A DNA stretch of 64,000 bases, taken from sequence record NC_052662.1; one strand, written 5' to 3'. A program made the translations under genes and the position numbers. Source of the DNA: Escherichia phage Mt1B1_P17. This document shows, in pieces, positions 44,957 to 54,276 of this stretch. How positions within the stretch are numbered: the stretch's first letter is position 1; each line of letters starts with the position of its first letter. The notes beneath the pieces are model-generated. The model was given only the letters and a program-made list of their open reading frames with translations, searched no databases and was not told where the DNA came from.

Positions 44957-45238
44957 TCAAGCCTTAGCGTAGAAAAACTTCTCATATTCAGATTTTGTTA
45001 CGATTGTGGGGCAATCTTTTGTTCCATCCTCGATAACAGGGGCTTCTACCATTCTGGTGTTGAATAAGCAATAAGTTCCACGCATGTAAATACCCAGTTT
45101 TGTTTCTACGATGTGCTCTTTACTTACGCTTGAAAACTTAATCTCACCATCGGAGTCTCTTATAGCAATAAGCGCATGTTCGGGCCAATCTTTTCCTTTT
45201 GCTCCTAAAGCATTATACAATTCTTGAACGAGTTCCAT
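44957..45238 (-). CDS. hypothetical protein
   Basis: 93 aa. Confidence 0.45.
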   Translation of the reverse strand: MELVQELYNALGAKGKDWPEHALIAIRDSDGEIKFSSVSKEHIVETKLGIYMRGTYCLFNTRMVEAPVIEDGTKDCPTIVTKSEYEKFFYAKA

Positions 45239-45250
45239 ATGACCTCCTTA

Positions 45251-45451
45251 TTAAATAACAAATTTTTCTTCTTCTGGCTTATCGTAATCTGGAGAATAAA
45301 CATGTGCGGGATTAAAACCTTTAAAATTTCCGCGACCTTTACGTGGACAGTTGAATGTGCGAGCTTGATGATCCCCAAAAGATTTCCCACAATGCATACA
45401 TTTAAAATCAGTGCGTTTAGTCATGCCATATCTCCTTTTAAAAGGCTGCAC
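45251..45451 (-). CDS. small zinc-binding protein
   Basis: 66 aa; CMHCG ... NCPRKG. Confidence 0.45.
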   Translation of the reverse strand: MQPFKRRYGMTKRTDFKCMHCGKSFGDHQARTFNCPRKGRGNFKGFNPAHVYSPDYDKPEEEKFVI

Positions 45452-45476
45452 CTATTGAAGATGCAGCTTTGATAGA

Positions 45477-45578
45477 TTATTTAGATGAGTCTAAAATGTC
45501 TTTTACTTTTGCCGTGATAACGTCTTGATATTTGTTAATAAGATAGCCTACAACTACACCTACGATAAATGAAACCAT
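45477..45578 (-). CDS. small single-pass membrane protein (33 aa)
   Basis: ATG after AAGGAG; hydrophobic core FIVGVVVGYLI; below ORF-track cutoff. Confidence 0.3.
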   Translation of the reverse strand: MVSFIVGVVVGYLINKYQDVITAKVKDILDSSK

Positions 45579-45587
45579 TATTTCTCC

Positions 45588-46196
45588 TTATTTAAGTGGT
45601 GAGAGAACAATCTCTCGGTTTTTTAAGAACCAAAGCACGTCATCTTGGTCATAGTCTGATCCCTCTGTAGTAGAATTTTTGATAGAATCAAAAAACCAAC
45701 GAGGTATACCAAAACAACTTCCAGATGACTGCATGTCTTTCTGCGACATTTTAAATGTAATTGGAAAATCACAATTATCAATCTCTCGGATATCTGCTGA
45801 AGATAAGATTGTAACTTCAACCAGTTCGTCGTTAGATGTAGTATCGTTGTCTTCCTGAATAATGTCAAATGCTTTTTGCACATCTTTTGCATCTAATGTT
45901 AAACCTGTGGCTTTCTGAAAAGCCGAAACAAAAATTAGAGCTTCTTCAGAGCAAGGGGCTTCCAGCAAATGAGCCATAATAGGTGACAAGCAAATGTTAA
46001 GATCTTTGTCATACCAACGAACAATCCACACAGGCGTTGCTCCGTTTTGTTTGTCACGAGCCAAAATTGTAACGTGCTGACCTTCTTCTGGTATATGATA
46101 CAAACCAGAAAAACCAGGACCTGTAGTAGATTTTTTGACACGCGCTACGTGTCCAACTTCTAAAGGATCTTTACCATCCCAAATCTTCTCTTCCAT
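45588..46196 (-). CDS. hypothetical protein
   Basis: 202 aa. Confidence 0.5.
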   Translation of the reverse strand: MEEKIWDGKDPLEVGHVARVKKSTTGPGFSGLYHIPEEGQHVTILARDKQNGATPVWIVRWYDKDLNICLSPIMAHLLEAPCSEEALIFVSAFQKATGLTLDAKDVQKAFDIIQEDNDTTSNDELVEVTILSSADIREIDNCDFPITFKMSQKDMQSSGSCFGIPRWFFDSIKNSTTEGSDYDQDDVLWFLKNREIVLSPLK

Positions 46197-46204
46197 ATAA
46201 CCTC

Positions 46205-46468
46205 CTAAATAACATCTTTGAAATAGTGAATCACTTCAATATTATGGTACAAAGTGCTTCGCTCTTTTGTGTACTCTGTTTTAGTAACAAACACTTTTGC
46301 AATACCGTACTTATGCGCTGGTAGGCTTGGATTGGTTTGCATAATTTCTTTCACTACACTTATAGTTTCGTGCTCGGATTCCCAATAAGTGAAGTAACCC
46401 TCACTATCAACGATTAAAGACTCGTTTTCAAGATCTACAAAACAGAAAAATATTGACGGATGGCTCAT
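46205..46468 (-). CDS. hypothetical protein
   Basis: 87 aa. Confidence 0.45.
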   Translation of the reverse strand: MSHPSIFFCFVDLENESLIVDSEGYFTYWESEHETISVVKEIMQTNPSLPAHKYGIAKVFVTKTEYTKERSTLYHNIEVIHYFKDVI

Positions 46469-46632
46469 TCTTTTTCTTCAACCTTCCTCAAAGCTTTTTG
46501 ATCGAATATGGCGTGTTGCAATTCCCCGTTTTCATCGAACCAAGTTACTTTACAAGATTCACCATAACTTTCTATTACTGTCATTTGTTTGTTTGCACCT
46601 TTAAGGCAAACCACATCACCTACTTGCATCAT
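46465..46632 (-). CDS. small hypothetical protein (55 aa)
   Basis: ATGA start/stop overlap with the downstream gene; below ORF-track cutoff. Confidence 0.35.
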   Translation of the reverse strand: MMQVGDVVCLKGANKQMTVIESYGESCKVTWFDENGELQHAIFDQKALRKVEEKE

Positions 46633-47078
46633 GATTGAGTTCCTTTTTGTTTTTCAATAGCTGCACGAATTTCTGCTAAAGGTTCTGCTACCAAGTCTTC
46701 AACTTCTTGGATTTGTTCATTCATCACATCACGAACCATTTGAATACGCTCTTCAAGGGAAACAGCAAGTTCATCTGCATAAGCCATATTAAGAACGTGG
46801 TAGAAATTTTCTTGTGCACTTAAAGCACCAGATAACAAATAATCCTGATCTTCCTCTGGTAAAAGCATGTGTTGCTCATATTCAGCAAAAGTGTTTTTGT
46901 TAATCTCAAGCAAAGCACCCATCATAACATCATACTGATAATCTTTATGACCAGGGTTGTTTAAAATAACATCTTCAAAGATATTAAGAAGAATCTTAGT
47001 AACAAAAGCATTGTTTTCGGCACCTTCCATCTGACGGATTACCGTGATTACTTCTTTTTCTTTAGCGTTTTGGCTCAT
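46629..47078 (-). CDS. hypothetical protein
   Basis: 149 aa. Confidence 0.5.
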   Translation of the reverse strand: MSQNAKEKEVITVIRQMEGAENNAFVTKILLNIFEDVILNNPGHKDYQYDVMMGALLEINKNTFAEYEQHMLLPEEDQDYLLSGALSAQENFYHVLNMAYADELAVSLEERIQMVRDVMNEQIQEVEDLVAEPLAEIRAAIEKQKGTQS

Positions 47079-47268
47079 AGTGTTTCTCCTCTGATTCTAT
47101 TTGGATATAACCTGTGGTTTTGCACGGGTTACACTCGTAAATTTGACCTACGTCCGCCATAACATATCCTGCACCACCACAATAGGGGCAAGGCATAGGA
47201 GGACAAGGTATGGACGTAGTGATTGTTACGACATTATCAATTTCCAACATTTTCGCCATTATTACCAT
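47062..47268 (-). CDS. small zinc-ribbon protein
   Basis: 68 aa; CPPMPCPYCGG ... CNPCKTTG. Confidence 0.45.
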   Translation of the reverse strand: MVIMAKMLEIDNVVTITTSIPCPPMPCPYCGGAGYVMADVGQIYECNPCKTTGYIQIESEEKHYEPKR

Positions 47269-47510
47269 TCCGCTATTAACGTCAAACCAAGTGCATCGTT
47301 AAAACGCTCAACATTTGAGTATAGGTATGGAGGGGTTATTTGCTCTAAAATTTGTGCTGCTTCCACTTGGTGTTCTATGTTTTGAGAAGTTCGGGCATAA
47401 ACTAAGACACCCATTTTATTCAAAATAAAAACAGAATCAGACCCATCCAGCTTATCAACGGCTGCATACATTTTAGTCATATCTTCTCCTGGATTACCAT
47501 TCAGCAACAA
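47262..47510 (-). CDS. hypothetical protein
   Basis: 82 aa. Confidence 0.45.
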   Translation of the reverse strand: MLLNGNPGEDMTKMYAAVDKLDGSDSVFILNKMGVLVYARTSQNIEHQVEAAQILEQITPPYLYSNVERFNDALGLTLIAEW

Positions 47511-47709
47511 GACTAGGATTCATAGCAAAAGCTTTGAAAGTTGTTATGTCATGACTAACATTAAAACTAACACCTTTTACTTTCTCTAGTATTTGAACTT
47601 TTGTCTCTCCGTCCCACGGTAGTATGATAACACCATCTCCTGTGATCAACCACCAATGGTTCTCTCCATCTCGTGAATCTTTTGCTTTGTATAGAAAATT
47701 GGAACTCAT
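47494..47709 (-). CDS. hypothetical protein
   Basis: 71 aa. Confidence 0.45.
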   Translation of the reverse strand: MSSNFLYKAKDSRDGENHWWLITGDGVIILPWDGETKVQILEKVKGVSFNVSHDITTFKAFAMNPSLVAEW

Positions 47710-47829
47710 TCTTCCTCCTGTTCGGTATTATTCACCTGTGAGACACAATGTAACACAAGCTTTGTGAGTTTGTCAAGGATCTAATTACATTCTACAGAAG
47801 AAGAGGGTTAATAACTATAGGAATAGTCT

Positions 47830-47900
47830 TACTATAGGTGCAATACTAGTTAAGACTTAGATTGATAGGTAAGACTTATCTTAAACAGATAATTGATAGG
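47830..47900. repeat. short direct repeats in an intergenic region
   Basis: ATTGATAGGT at 47861 and 47891, TAAGACTTA at 47851 and 47871, related CTATAGGT at 47832. Confidence 0.45.
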
Positions 47901-47988
47901 TGAATCAGCATTGACTTTTTCAAAAAAATATGGTACCCTAAACATATGTTTACGAGCGATAGCGAGTAGTAGATTTCTATATAATAAT

Positions 47989-48022
47989 GTTTCATGTTAC
48001 TCACGATAGTGAGGTATGAAAC
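47989..48022 (-). terminator. nested-palindrome hairpin, likely terminator of the 48070..48279 gene
   Basis: GTTTCAT-GTTACTCAC-GATA-GTGAGG-TATGAAAC, followed on the minus strand by an AT-rich tail. Confidence 0.45.
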
Positions 48023-48069
48023 GTAAGTGAAGGTAGATAAACTATGATCATCTATCTACCATCTATTAA

Positions 48070-48279
48070 TCAATATAGATCTAATGTTAGACTAACAGTT
48101 ATCCAACAAACAATAGCAGTCCATATAACAAGTAATGATCTACAAACTACATCCCATTCAAATACATTGTATGTTAACCATTCTCCCATCACAACAGAAG
48201 AACCCAACCAACATCCAACAACAACTATAATCCAATAAAAGAATCCTACAGTAGAGTATACAGCAAAAGCTTTTAACAT
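48070..48279 (-). CDS. small membrane protein (two predicted transmembrane helices)
   Basis: 69 aa; hydrophobic segments FYWIIVVVGCWLGSSVV and LLVIWTAIVCWITV. Confidence 0.4.
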   Translation of the reverse strand: MLKAFAVYSTVGFFYWIIVVVGCWLGSSVVMGEWLTYNVFEWDVVCRSLLVIWTAIVCWITVSLTLDLY

Positions 48280-48692
48280 CTTTCCTCCAGAAGTTGTTCA
48301 ACAGTTTGACGAGTATGATTGTCCCAGTAAACCTTAGTGAAGTCAAGAGTTCCTTGTTCGTTTCTCTTAGTTTCGAAGAAGTATCCGCCTTCTCTTTCTA
48401 CTCTGTCTCTAATGTGCTCTATAAGGTGCTTTTTACAAGATGCTGATAAACAATAGTCATACTCCCCACGAAGCAATGCTATAGCTGCAAGTCTGTTATC
48501 ACCAACTTGAGATATTGTCCAAGAAAGCATACTACCTTCTATACCTAAAGGTGTTTGTCGAATGGAATATCCACCATGCCGACTGATAGAAATTATGGCA
48601 AGTGGTTCTCCTGTTAGGGATCTTCCTAATGCACCTTCTGTTGGACTTCCTTCAATAACACGTTTGAAAAAAGCTTTGATCTTACCTAACAT
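48273..48692 (-). CDS. hypothetical protein
   Basis: 139 aa. Confidence 0.5.
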   Translation of the reverse strand: MLGKIKAFFKRVIEGSPTEGALGRSLTGEPLAIISISRHGGYSIRQTPLGIEGSMLSWTISQVGDNRLAAIALLRGEYDYCLSASCKKHLIEHIRDRVEREGGYFFETKRNEQGTLDFTKVYWDNHTRQTVEQLLEERC

Positions 48693-48711
48693 AAGTCCCC
48701 CCCTTAAAAAC

Positions 48712-48846
48712 TTACTTGTTTAAAGTATCTCTTACTTGTTCTGCTTGACGTTTAGTAATAAAAGTCCCAACCGAAACGTTAAATTCATTGACTACAGAGA
48801 ACGATCCATCACGATTCTCACGAATATTAAACAATTTCTTACTCAT
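48712..48846 (-). CDS. small hypothetical protein (44 aa)
   Basis: ATG after GGAGG; below ORF-track cutoff. Confidence 0.35.
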   Translation of the reverse strand: MSKKLFNIRENRDGSFSVVNEFNVSVGTFITKRQAEQVRDTLNK

Positions 48847-49042
48847 TTCTACCTCCTTCGATGCTTTGTGCCGTACCATCCCAAGCCATTAGAATATTTG
48901 CCAATAGTTCACGAGGCTCTTTAAACCAAACTTCCATTTCATCAAGAATCTCGTCCGTGTCGTAAGTATAACCTGGAACACCAAGTTCGCATTTCTTAAG
49001 ATAGCTTTCTAACCAGCGGTGATAATTCTTAACCCCATTCAT
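48839..49042 (-). CDS. hypothetical protein
   Basis: 67 aa. Confidence 0.45.
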   Translation of the reverse strand: MNGVKNYHRWLESYLKKCELGVPGYTYDTDEILDEMEVWFKEPRELLANILMAWDGTAQSIEGGRNE

Positions 49043-49415
49043 ACTGTGCTACCTTTTCTTTTACCCAATCTACACGATCTTTATCATAATGTTGAGTGCC
49101 AAGGAAAAGACCATTGTGGAAACTTTCCTCACCGAAAGGATAAATTGGATCTAAACCATCTTCTTCAAACAACATTTTTAATCGATTTGATGTAGATTTC
49201 TTAGTTTCTGAGTTGTAGTTTGTGGTTATAAGCCAATCTTCCAAACAACGACACAAACCTTGACGAGAATCCCAAGGAAAAACACAATCTCCGATAGGAG
49301 CTTGTTCCGCCCATTTCAACCAGCCTTTAAAAAAGTTATACAGTATATAGTCTTCAGTGTAATACATTATCTCCTCCTTTACGTATACAATAACACCCCG
49401 AAGAACGGGGTGCAA
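49029..49415 (-). CDS. paralog family A member (divergent)
   Basis: 128 aa; shares F-x-x-W-L ... GLC ... PF ... R-V-x-WVKEK with six other ORFs. Confidence 0.5.
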   Translation of the reverse strand: MHPVLRGVIVYVKEEIMYYTEDYILYNFFKGWLKWAEQAPIGDCVFPWDSRQGLCRCLEDWLITTNYNSETKKSTSNRLKMLFEEDGLDPIYPFGEESFHNGLFLGTQHYDKDRVDWVKEKVAQYEWG

Positions 49416-49418
49416 CTG

Positions 49419-50030
49419 TTATTTAATCTGTTTAAAAATTTCGTTTGGAACGGTACCGTTTAAAATACCTTCTACGATCTCTTGTGCAGACGTGTAAGAG
49501 AGTCCAAAAGAAGCTACGCCTAAAATTGCCTCCTTCAAAGGATCTGGCAGGGGTTCAAAATTACCTGCAACAAAGCCACCTGCACAAGCAGCGCCTTCAT
49601 CATCCCAGAAAACAACTGCTACATCGTTACCATGCGAAGTTGTGCGATGTGCAATAACTTCAACTTCGGTGCCTTCTTTAGGAACAGAATAAGAACTGTC
49701 CCAAGAATATCTTTCCAAATCAGGAACAAAGATAACCTTTTCACCTACTGGCGGCAGTTCACAACGATAATACCAAGAATTTTTTTCGTTCATTGTTTTA
49801 TTTTCCTCCACGTCTTCAAAAGTAACGATCCAATCGTAGCCGTAAGAAAACGGATATTTTAGATCTAAAGAATAAGTTTGACCTAGATCGTCCTCAACAA
49901 GAACCATCCTGTCAAAGTTTGCGATGTTAGGATTATGTTTAATGATAGGGTATGTTTCCCCTACAGTAAATTGTCCCAAATGGTAAAGTTCATCTCTCCA
50001 AGTAATTTGGATATGAGTGCATTGAATCAT
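49419..50030 (-). CDS. hypothetical protein
   Basis: 203 aa. Confidence 0.5.
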   Translation of the reverse strand: MIQCTHIQITWRDELYHLGQFTVGETYPIIKHNPNIANFDRMVLVEDDLGQTYSLDLKYPFSYGYDWIVTFEDVEENKTMNEKNSWYYRCELPPVGEKVIFVPDLERYSWDSSYSVPKEGTEVEVIAHRTTSHGNDVAVVFWDDEGAACAGGFVAGNFEPLPDPLKEAILGVASFGLSYTSAQEIVEGILNGTVPNEIFKQIK

Positions 50031-50034
50031 AAAA

Positions 50035-50307
50035 TCACCCCCAAGAAATATTTATATATCTTACAATGTTTGCACTGTCTAAAGCCATGTTTGCACCACA
50101 CCCACGCTCGCGCCAGTAACTAACAATACCTTCGCAGATACTTTCTTGTATCTTCTTATCACTTGGCATTTCTAGTATAAGACTTGGATTGTGGATGTTT
50201 ATGTTATAATATCCTTCCTCTGCGGCTTGAGCTACCAATTTACTTACTTTTTCAAAGTACGGGGAATTAGTGGCATCTGCCATTGTTTTTAAGGTTTGTC
50301 TATCCAT
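50035..50307 (-). CDS. hypothetical protein
   Basis: 90 aa. Confidence 0.45.
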   Translation of the reverse strand: MDRQTLKTMADATNSPYFEKVSKLVAQAAEEGYYNINIHNPSLILEMPSDKKIQESICEGIVSYWRERGCGANMALDSANIVRYINISWG

Positions 50308-50705
50308 TATTCTGCCTCATCATAGAAGAAATCCAACTCTTGTTCCAGTTGTTTAACTCGATCCTTAACCCACTGTACACGTTTTTCATTAAACATGCAA
50401 CGTTTTTCCTTACACTCTTGCTCAAAAGATTTTGCTGTGTTAAATGGGAAAGTTGTATCTAAGCCAGCGTTTTCAAAACTGGCTAATTGCATACCATAAA
50501 CAGAATATGCTAGAGAATGCTCTGCCCGAAATTCATCACTTATATACATACGCAGACCTCGGCATAAGCCAACATCAGCGTAACCACTTTCTCTTGGAAA
50601 GAGACGGAGGTGTTCTAACCAATTATTATAGAAATCTAAAAGAATCCTCTTACACTTCAAATCGATTGTCATAAAAAGTTTCTCCTTCATCAAACAAGTT
50701 GGCAA
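50307..50705 (-). CDS. paralog family A member
   Basis: 132 aa; FYNNWL ... GLC ... FPFN ... RVQWVKDRV. Confidence 0.5.
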   Translation of the reverse strand: MPTCLMKEKLFMTIDLKCKRILLDFYNNWLEHLRLFPRESGYADVGLCRGLRMYISDEFRAEHSLAYSVYGMQLASFENAGLDTTFPFNTAKSFEQECKEKRCMFNEKRVQWVKDRVKQLEQELDFFYDEAE

Positions 50706-51072
50706 GATTGTTCACGGCAATCTGGGTGGAAAGAAGACAACTGTTTGCAGACACATAAGCACGAGCTATTTTGTAAACATAAACTTTCGTATTACAATTG
50801 TCTAGGATCGGAAGACTTTCGTCGATAGCATCTATAACACTAAACATCACATCTAAAACTTTAATGGTGAGTGTTGTATTTGTATCTTCGTAACCTTTTT
50901 CAATCAGACCTGAATAGAAGGTATAGTCCTCAACAGTTCGTCGTTTAAATTGGCGCATAAAATCGGAACCATCTGTAGCAGAATTGAACAAATTTTCAAA
51001 AAATACGTCCCATCCTGCAAAAAGGGCTGATAGCATGATTAAGTGATCTATAGATTCATTTTCTTGTTTCAT
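50650..51072 (-). CDS. hypothetical protein
   Basis: 140 aa; overlaps the upstream gene by 56 nt, start may be internal. Confidence 0.45.
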   Translation of the reverse strand: MKQENESIDHLIMLSALFAGWDVFFENLFNSATDGSDFMRQFKRRTVEDYTFYSGLIEKGYEDTNTTLTIKVLDVMFSVIDAIDESLPILDNCNTKVYVYKIARAYVSANSCLLSTQIAVNNLANLFDEGETFYDNRFEV

Positions 51073-51080
51073 ATCCTCTC

Positions 51081-51758
51081 CTATTTAATGTTCAGTCTGG
51101 CACACAAACGAGAAACAGTCTTAGCATCCCATTTACCACCACGTGCTGTTGCTATTTTCTTACTATTGAATTTTTCAGCAATAGTTTTGTAAGGTGTATT
51201 TAAATCTCTAAGGATCTCCAAACGTTCACGAAATGTCTCTGCAAAAGCGTCTGCTTTAACAGAGTTGTATTCCATTTTTCCTTTTCTACGTGCAGCGGCA
51301 GTTTTAGGATTAGCACTGCCTAATAAAACACCTTTGCTTTTTGCTACAGCAAGACCCTTTTTAATACGATCAGCAATACCTCTAACTTCTTGTTCAGCCA
51401 GAACAGATAGAAGCTGTATAACCATTTTATCTGCGTCTGGCATGATGGCTATCTTAACATCGATCATCTCCAGAAGAGTTGCTACGGAGGCGTTGTTACG
51501 ACCCAAGCGGTCAACTTTAGCTACCAATAAAGTTGCTCCGGTAGCTTTACACATTTCAACCGCTTTGACCAGTTCTTTACGTTGCTTCCAATCGCCCTTA
51601 CCCGAATAGTATTCAGAAAATTGACCAATAACTTCAGCATCAGGCACAGAGTCTAAGAAGTAACGGATATCGTTCTCTTGGCTCTCCATACCATATTGTG
51701 CCTCACCTTTTTTCTGTTTAGAAAGACGACTGTAAACAACAAACTTTTTCATAACCAC
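51081..51758 (-). CDS. serine recombinase (resolvase/invertase family)
   Basis: 225 aa; catalytic-domain motifs VVYSRLS (Ser nucleophile) and LLVAKVDRLGRN; C-terminal HTH-like region. Confidence 0.65.
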   Translation of the reverse strand: MVMKKFVVYSRLSKQKKGEAQYGMESQENDIRYFLDSVPDAEVIGQFSEYYSGKGDWKQRKELVKAVEMCKATGATLLVAKVDRLGRNNASVATLLEMIDVKIAIMPDADKMVIQLLSVLAEQEVRGIADRIKKGLAVAKSKGVLLGSANPKTAAARRKGKMEYNSVKADAFAETFRERLEILRDLNTPYKTIAEKFNSKKIATARGGKWDAKTVSRLCARLNIK

Positions 51759-51822
51759 TCCTAAACTATTACTGTATTCTCACTTTACAAAACGAATAAA
51801 CACTTGTCAAGGTATTTATTAT

Positions 51823-52035
51823 TTACAGCCATTCTACTCTTAAGCAGTATTCCTCGACATGTTGTTTACGCTTGTTTTTGTCTATGTAAGTGTATTCAAC
51901 AAATGTCCCAAGATAGTCCTTGTCTACATTGTGTGGGCTATTGATTGGACATTTAGTACGACAAACCCGTTGCCACTGACGAAGAATTACGGCTTTGTTT
52001 TTAGGATCAAAGGGATGAGGGTAATGTGCCTTCAT
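51823..52035 (-). CDS. hypothetical protein
   Basis: 70 aa. Confidence 0.45.
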   Translation of the reverse strand: MKAHYPHPFDPKNKAVILRQWQRVCRTKCPINSPHNVDKDYLGTFVEYTYIDKNKRKQHVEEYCLRVEWL

Positions 52036-52359
52036 TCACGACTCCTGTTTTAGTCGAAAAATATTTTGAATAACGAGAGATGTATAGTTATCACCTAGTC
52101 CCATAAGTTCTACTTCCAAGTTTCGAATATCTTCCACCGTAGGAGGATATGTTGGTAAAAATGCTTGAGCATTGCCAGATCCAACCTCATTACTGTAAGC
52201 AGTTGTAAAATTGTAAGATACAAAACATGAAACACCTTTTTGTCGGTACCCGATTAATCGACGAATACACCAGATAAGAGCCAAGCCTATGAGAACACCT
52301 CCTAAACCAGCTAACAAGAAGGATAAGTTCATAATAGCTTCGTTAACAACTGCTTGCAT
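52036..52359 (-). CDS. hypothetical membrane protein
   Basis: 107 aa; N-terminal transmembrane helix LSFLLAGLGGVLIGLALIWCI. Confidence 0.45.
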   Translation of the reverse strand: MQAVVNEAIMNLSFLLAGLGGVLIGLALIWCIRRLIGYRQKGVSCFVSYNFTTAYSNEVGSGNAQAFLPTYPPTVEDIRNLEVELMGLGDNYTSLVIQNIFRLKQES

Positions 52360-52369
52360 TCTTTTCTCC

Positions 52370-52669
52370 TTAGTTATGTAAACCCAAATGTGCTACAACT
52401 TCTCTACGATAAGATAACTGCATAGCGATTTTATAGCCAGGATGAAAACCATTTACATCAATGTCATCAAACCAAACCTCAAACGAACCGTGCTTAAGAG
52501 TCATTAAGTTGATATACCATTCGATAGTATAATGATCGTCAGCAATACCTTCGATGTAAAACTCTCGGCAACAATGAGATAAATCTTCACTTGTTTCACG
52601 TTTCCAGTCTTTGATAGCACCCTTCTCTTTAGCTTTATTCAGAATGTGGATCAGGTCTTCAACTTGCAT
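52370..52669 (-). CDS. hypothetical protein
   Basis: 99 aa. Confidence 0.45.
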   Translation of the reverse strand: MQVEDLIHILNKAKEKGAIKDWKRETSEDLSHCCREFYIEGIADDHYTIEWYINLMTLKHGSFEVWFDDIDVNGFHPGYKIAMQLSYRREVVAHLGLHN

Positions 52670-52722
52670 ATCTATCTCCTTTGTGGTTAATCTTTATATT
52701 TTAAATATTGTACCGTCTTCTG

Positions 52723-53136
52723 TCAAATAGCTTCTTTCTCTAAAACAACCCTTTGGATCACAACATCTTCAATGTTTGCCAAACAATGACCCAAAGTCAA
52801 TCCTGCCTTGAAAGGTGCTTGTAGTTTGGATTCGGCTTCTACGCGAACAGAATGTTCCGCTCCGCACATGGTGTAATCTACACGGTAAACGTTTAAACCT
52901 AAGAACATAGATTCTTCTTCCTCACAACAAGGATTGAGTTCAGCCCAGTCCCAAGCATCTCCTTCTAAAGCAAATGGAGTGTTGTAATTGAAGAAAGTGC
53001 AGCGCGGATATTCCCCGTTGAAAGAATCTTTCAGCAGAATATATTTCTTACCGTTTGCATGGAAGAGTTCTCCTTTGATAACCTTACCTACAAGGATATC
53101 ACTGTTAGTGGAACGGGTGCAAATAAACTTTTTCAT
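52723..53136 (-). CDS. hypothetical protein
   Basis: 137 aa. Confidence 0.5.
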   Translation of the reverse strand: MKKFICTRSTNSDILVGKVIKGELFHANGKKYILLKDSFNGEYPRCTFFNYNTPFALEGDAWDWAELNPCCEEEESMFLGLNVYRVDYTMCGAEHSVRVEAESKLQAPFKAGLTLGHCLANIEDVVIQRVVLEKEAI

Positions 53137-53190
53137 GATTTTCTCCTCTCTGTTTCGATGAGATGATTATGACAAAGACAGATCCTTCTG

Positions 53191-53517
53191 TCAACCAATT
53201 ATTTCTTCTGCTACACGTTCTTTTACCCAGTTCACACGATCCACATTCAAATGACAACGGCTTTTTTCCGCTTCTAAGGTGTACTTTCCAAAATTACTGT
53301 TGAAAGGCAACACCATAACCAAACCTTTGAGGTAGAACTGCTCATGCATTTCATCCAGTACAGGTTCGTATCGTTCGCTTTCTCCTATGTCGTAAAAATC
53401 ATAGAGGTTCGTGCACAAACCTGTGCAACGGGTGAACGGTTCACCTTCAGGAGCACCAGCTTCCAACCATGCCAAATACGTGCGGTAAAATGTTAATAGT
53501 TCTTCGCTCATTTCCAC
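53191..53517 (-). CDS. paralog family A member
   Basis: 108 aa; FYRTYLAWLEAGAP ... GLC ... LPFN ... HLNVDRVNWVKERV. Confidence 0.55.
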   Translation of the reverse strand: MEMSEELLTFYRTYLAWLEAGAPEGEPFTRCTGLCTNLYDFYDIGESERYEPVLDEMHEQFYLKGLVMVLPFNSNFGKYTLEAEKSRCHLNVDRVNWVKERVAEEIIG

Positions 53518-53720
53518 TCTCCTTCGTGATAGTAAACCTCAAAAGAATAGTAAGTGAACATGCTCATTGTAACACCTGCCATTTCTGGATCAAAGGGGGT
53601 GTTGTTATACATGTCAACTACTGCCTGACCCGCTGCTTTGGCATGTGCTGCTGAATCACATGCACAAACATCTTTCTCCCACGGAAACTTGCCATCATAC
53701 TTAAGACGGACAATCCACAT
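53508..53720 (-). CDS. hypothetical protein
   Basis: 70 aa. Confidence 0.45.
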   Translation of the reverse strand: MWIVRLKYDGKFPWEKDVCACDSAAHAKAAGQAVVDMYNNTPFDPEMAGVTMSMFTYYSFEVYYHEGEWK

Positions 53721-53722
53721 GC

Positions 53723-53950
53723 TTATTCCTCCATCTCAAACCATTCAGGGAACACTTTATGGAAGACACGGGTTGTTTCCAAAAGGAATTCCAATTCTTT
53801 TTCCAGATCTGCGTTCCAATCGTGCACTTTAACATTGATTGCCAATGCACTTGCACGGCGACTTAATTCTTGACAGATTGGATCACGCAGAACTATTGAG
53901 TCGTAAAACTGACAAACGGCCTCAAGTTCATACCAGTTATAATCCGACAT
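53723..53950 (-). CDS. hypothetical protein
   Basis: 75 aa. Confidence 0.45.
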   Translation of the reverse strand: MSDYNWYELEAVCQFYDSIVLRDPICQELSRRASALAINVKVHDWNADLEKELEFLLETTRVFHKVFPEWFEMEE

Positions 53951-54276
53951 TATTCATCCTCCTCTGCAATACGATCTCTTACCCAATTAATCCTGTCCAC
54001 GTTCAGGTGACATACCTCTGCATCTGATTCTAAGACATATGCATCGTAGTTCTCATTGAAAGGGAGTTCTTGACTCAACCCTTTGTAGTAAAACTGTGAG
54101 TGCATTTCGTCTGACAAGGTTGTTATAAGGAGATTGTAGCCATCTGCGTGCACATAATCGAACAAGTTGGCACACAAACCGCAATCTCGCCGAAAAGGTT
54201 TACCATCAGGAGCACCAACATCAATCCATGCTAGATAAATTTTATAAAACTCCATCAACCCTGCGCTTGTTTTCAT
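53950..54276 (-). CDS. paralog family A member
   Basis: 108 aa; FYKIYLAWIDVGAP ... GLC ... LPFN ... HLNVDRINWVRDRI. Confidence 0.55.
   Translation of the reverse strand: MKTSAGLMEFYKIYLAWIDVGAPDGKPFRRDCGLCANLFDYVHADGYNLLITTLSDEMHSQFYYKGLSQELPFNENYDAYVLESDAEVCHLNVDRINWVRDRIAEEDE

Noticed and set aside
48044-48238. 64-aa plus-strand ORF
   Set aside because: Overlaps the minus-strand membrane-protein ORF, which has a coherent hydrophobic profile; the plus frame is Thr/Gln/Asn-rich low complexity
51265-51609. 114-aa plus-strand ORF
   Set aside because: Antisense within the serine recombinase gene, whose catalytic motifs support the minus frame
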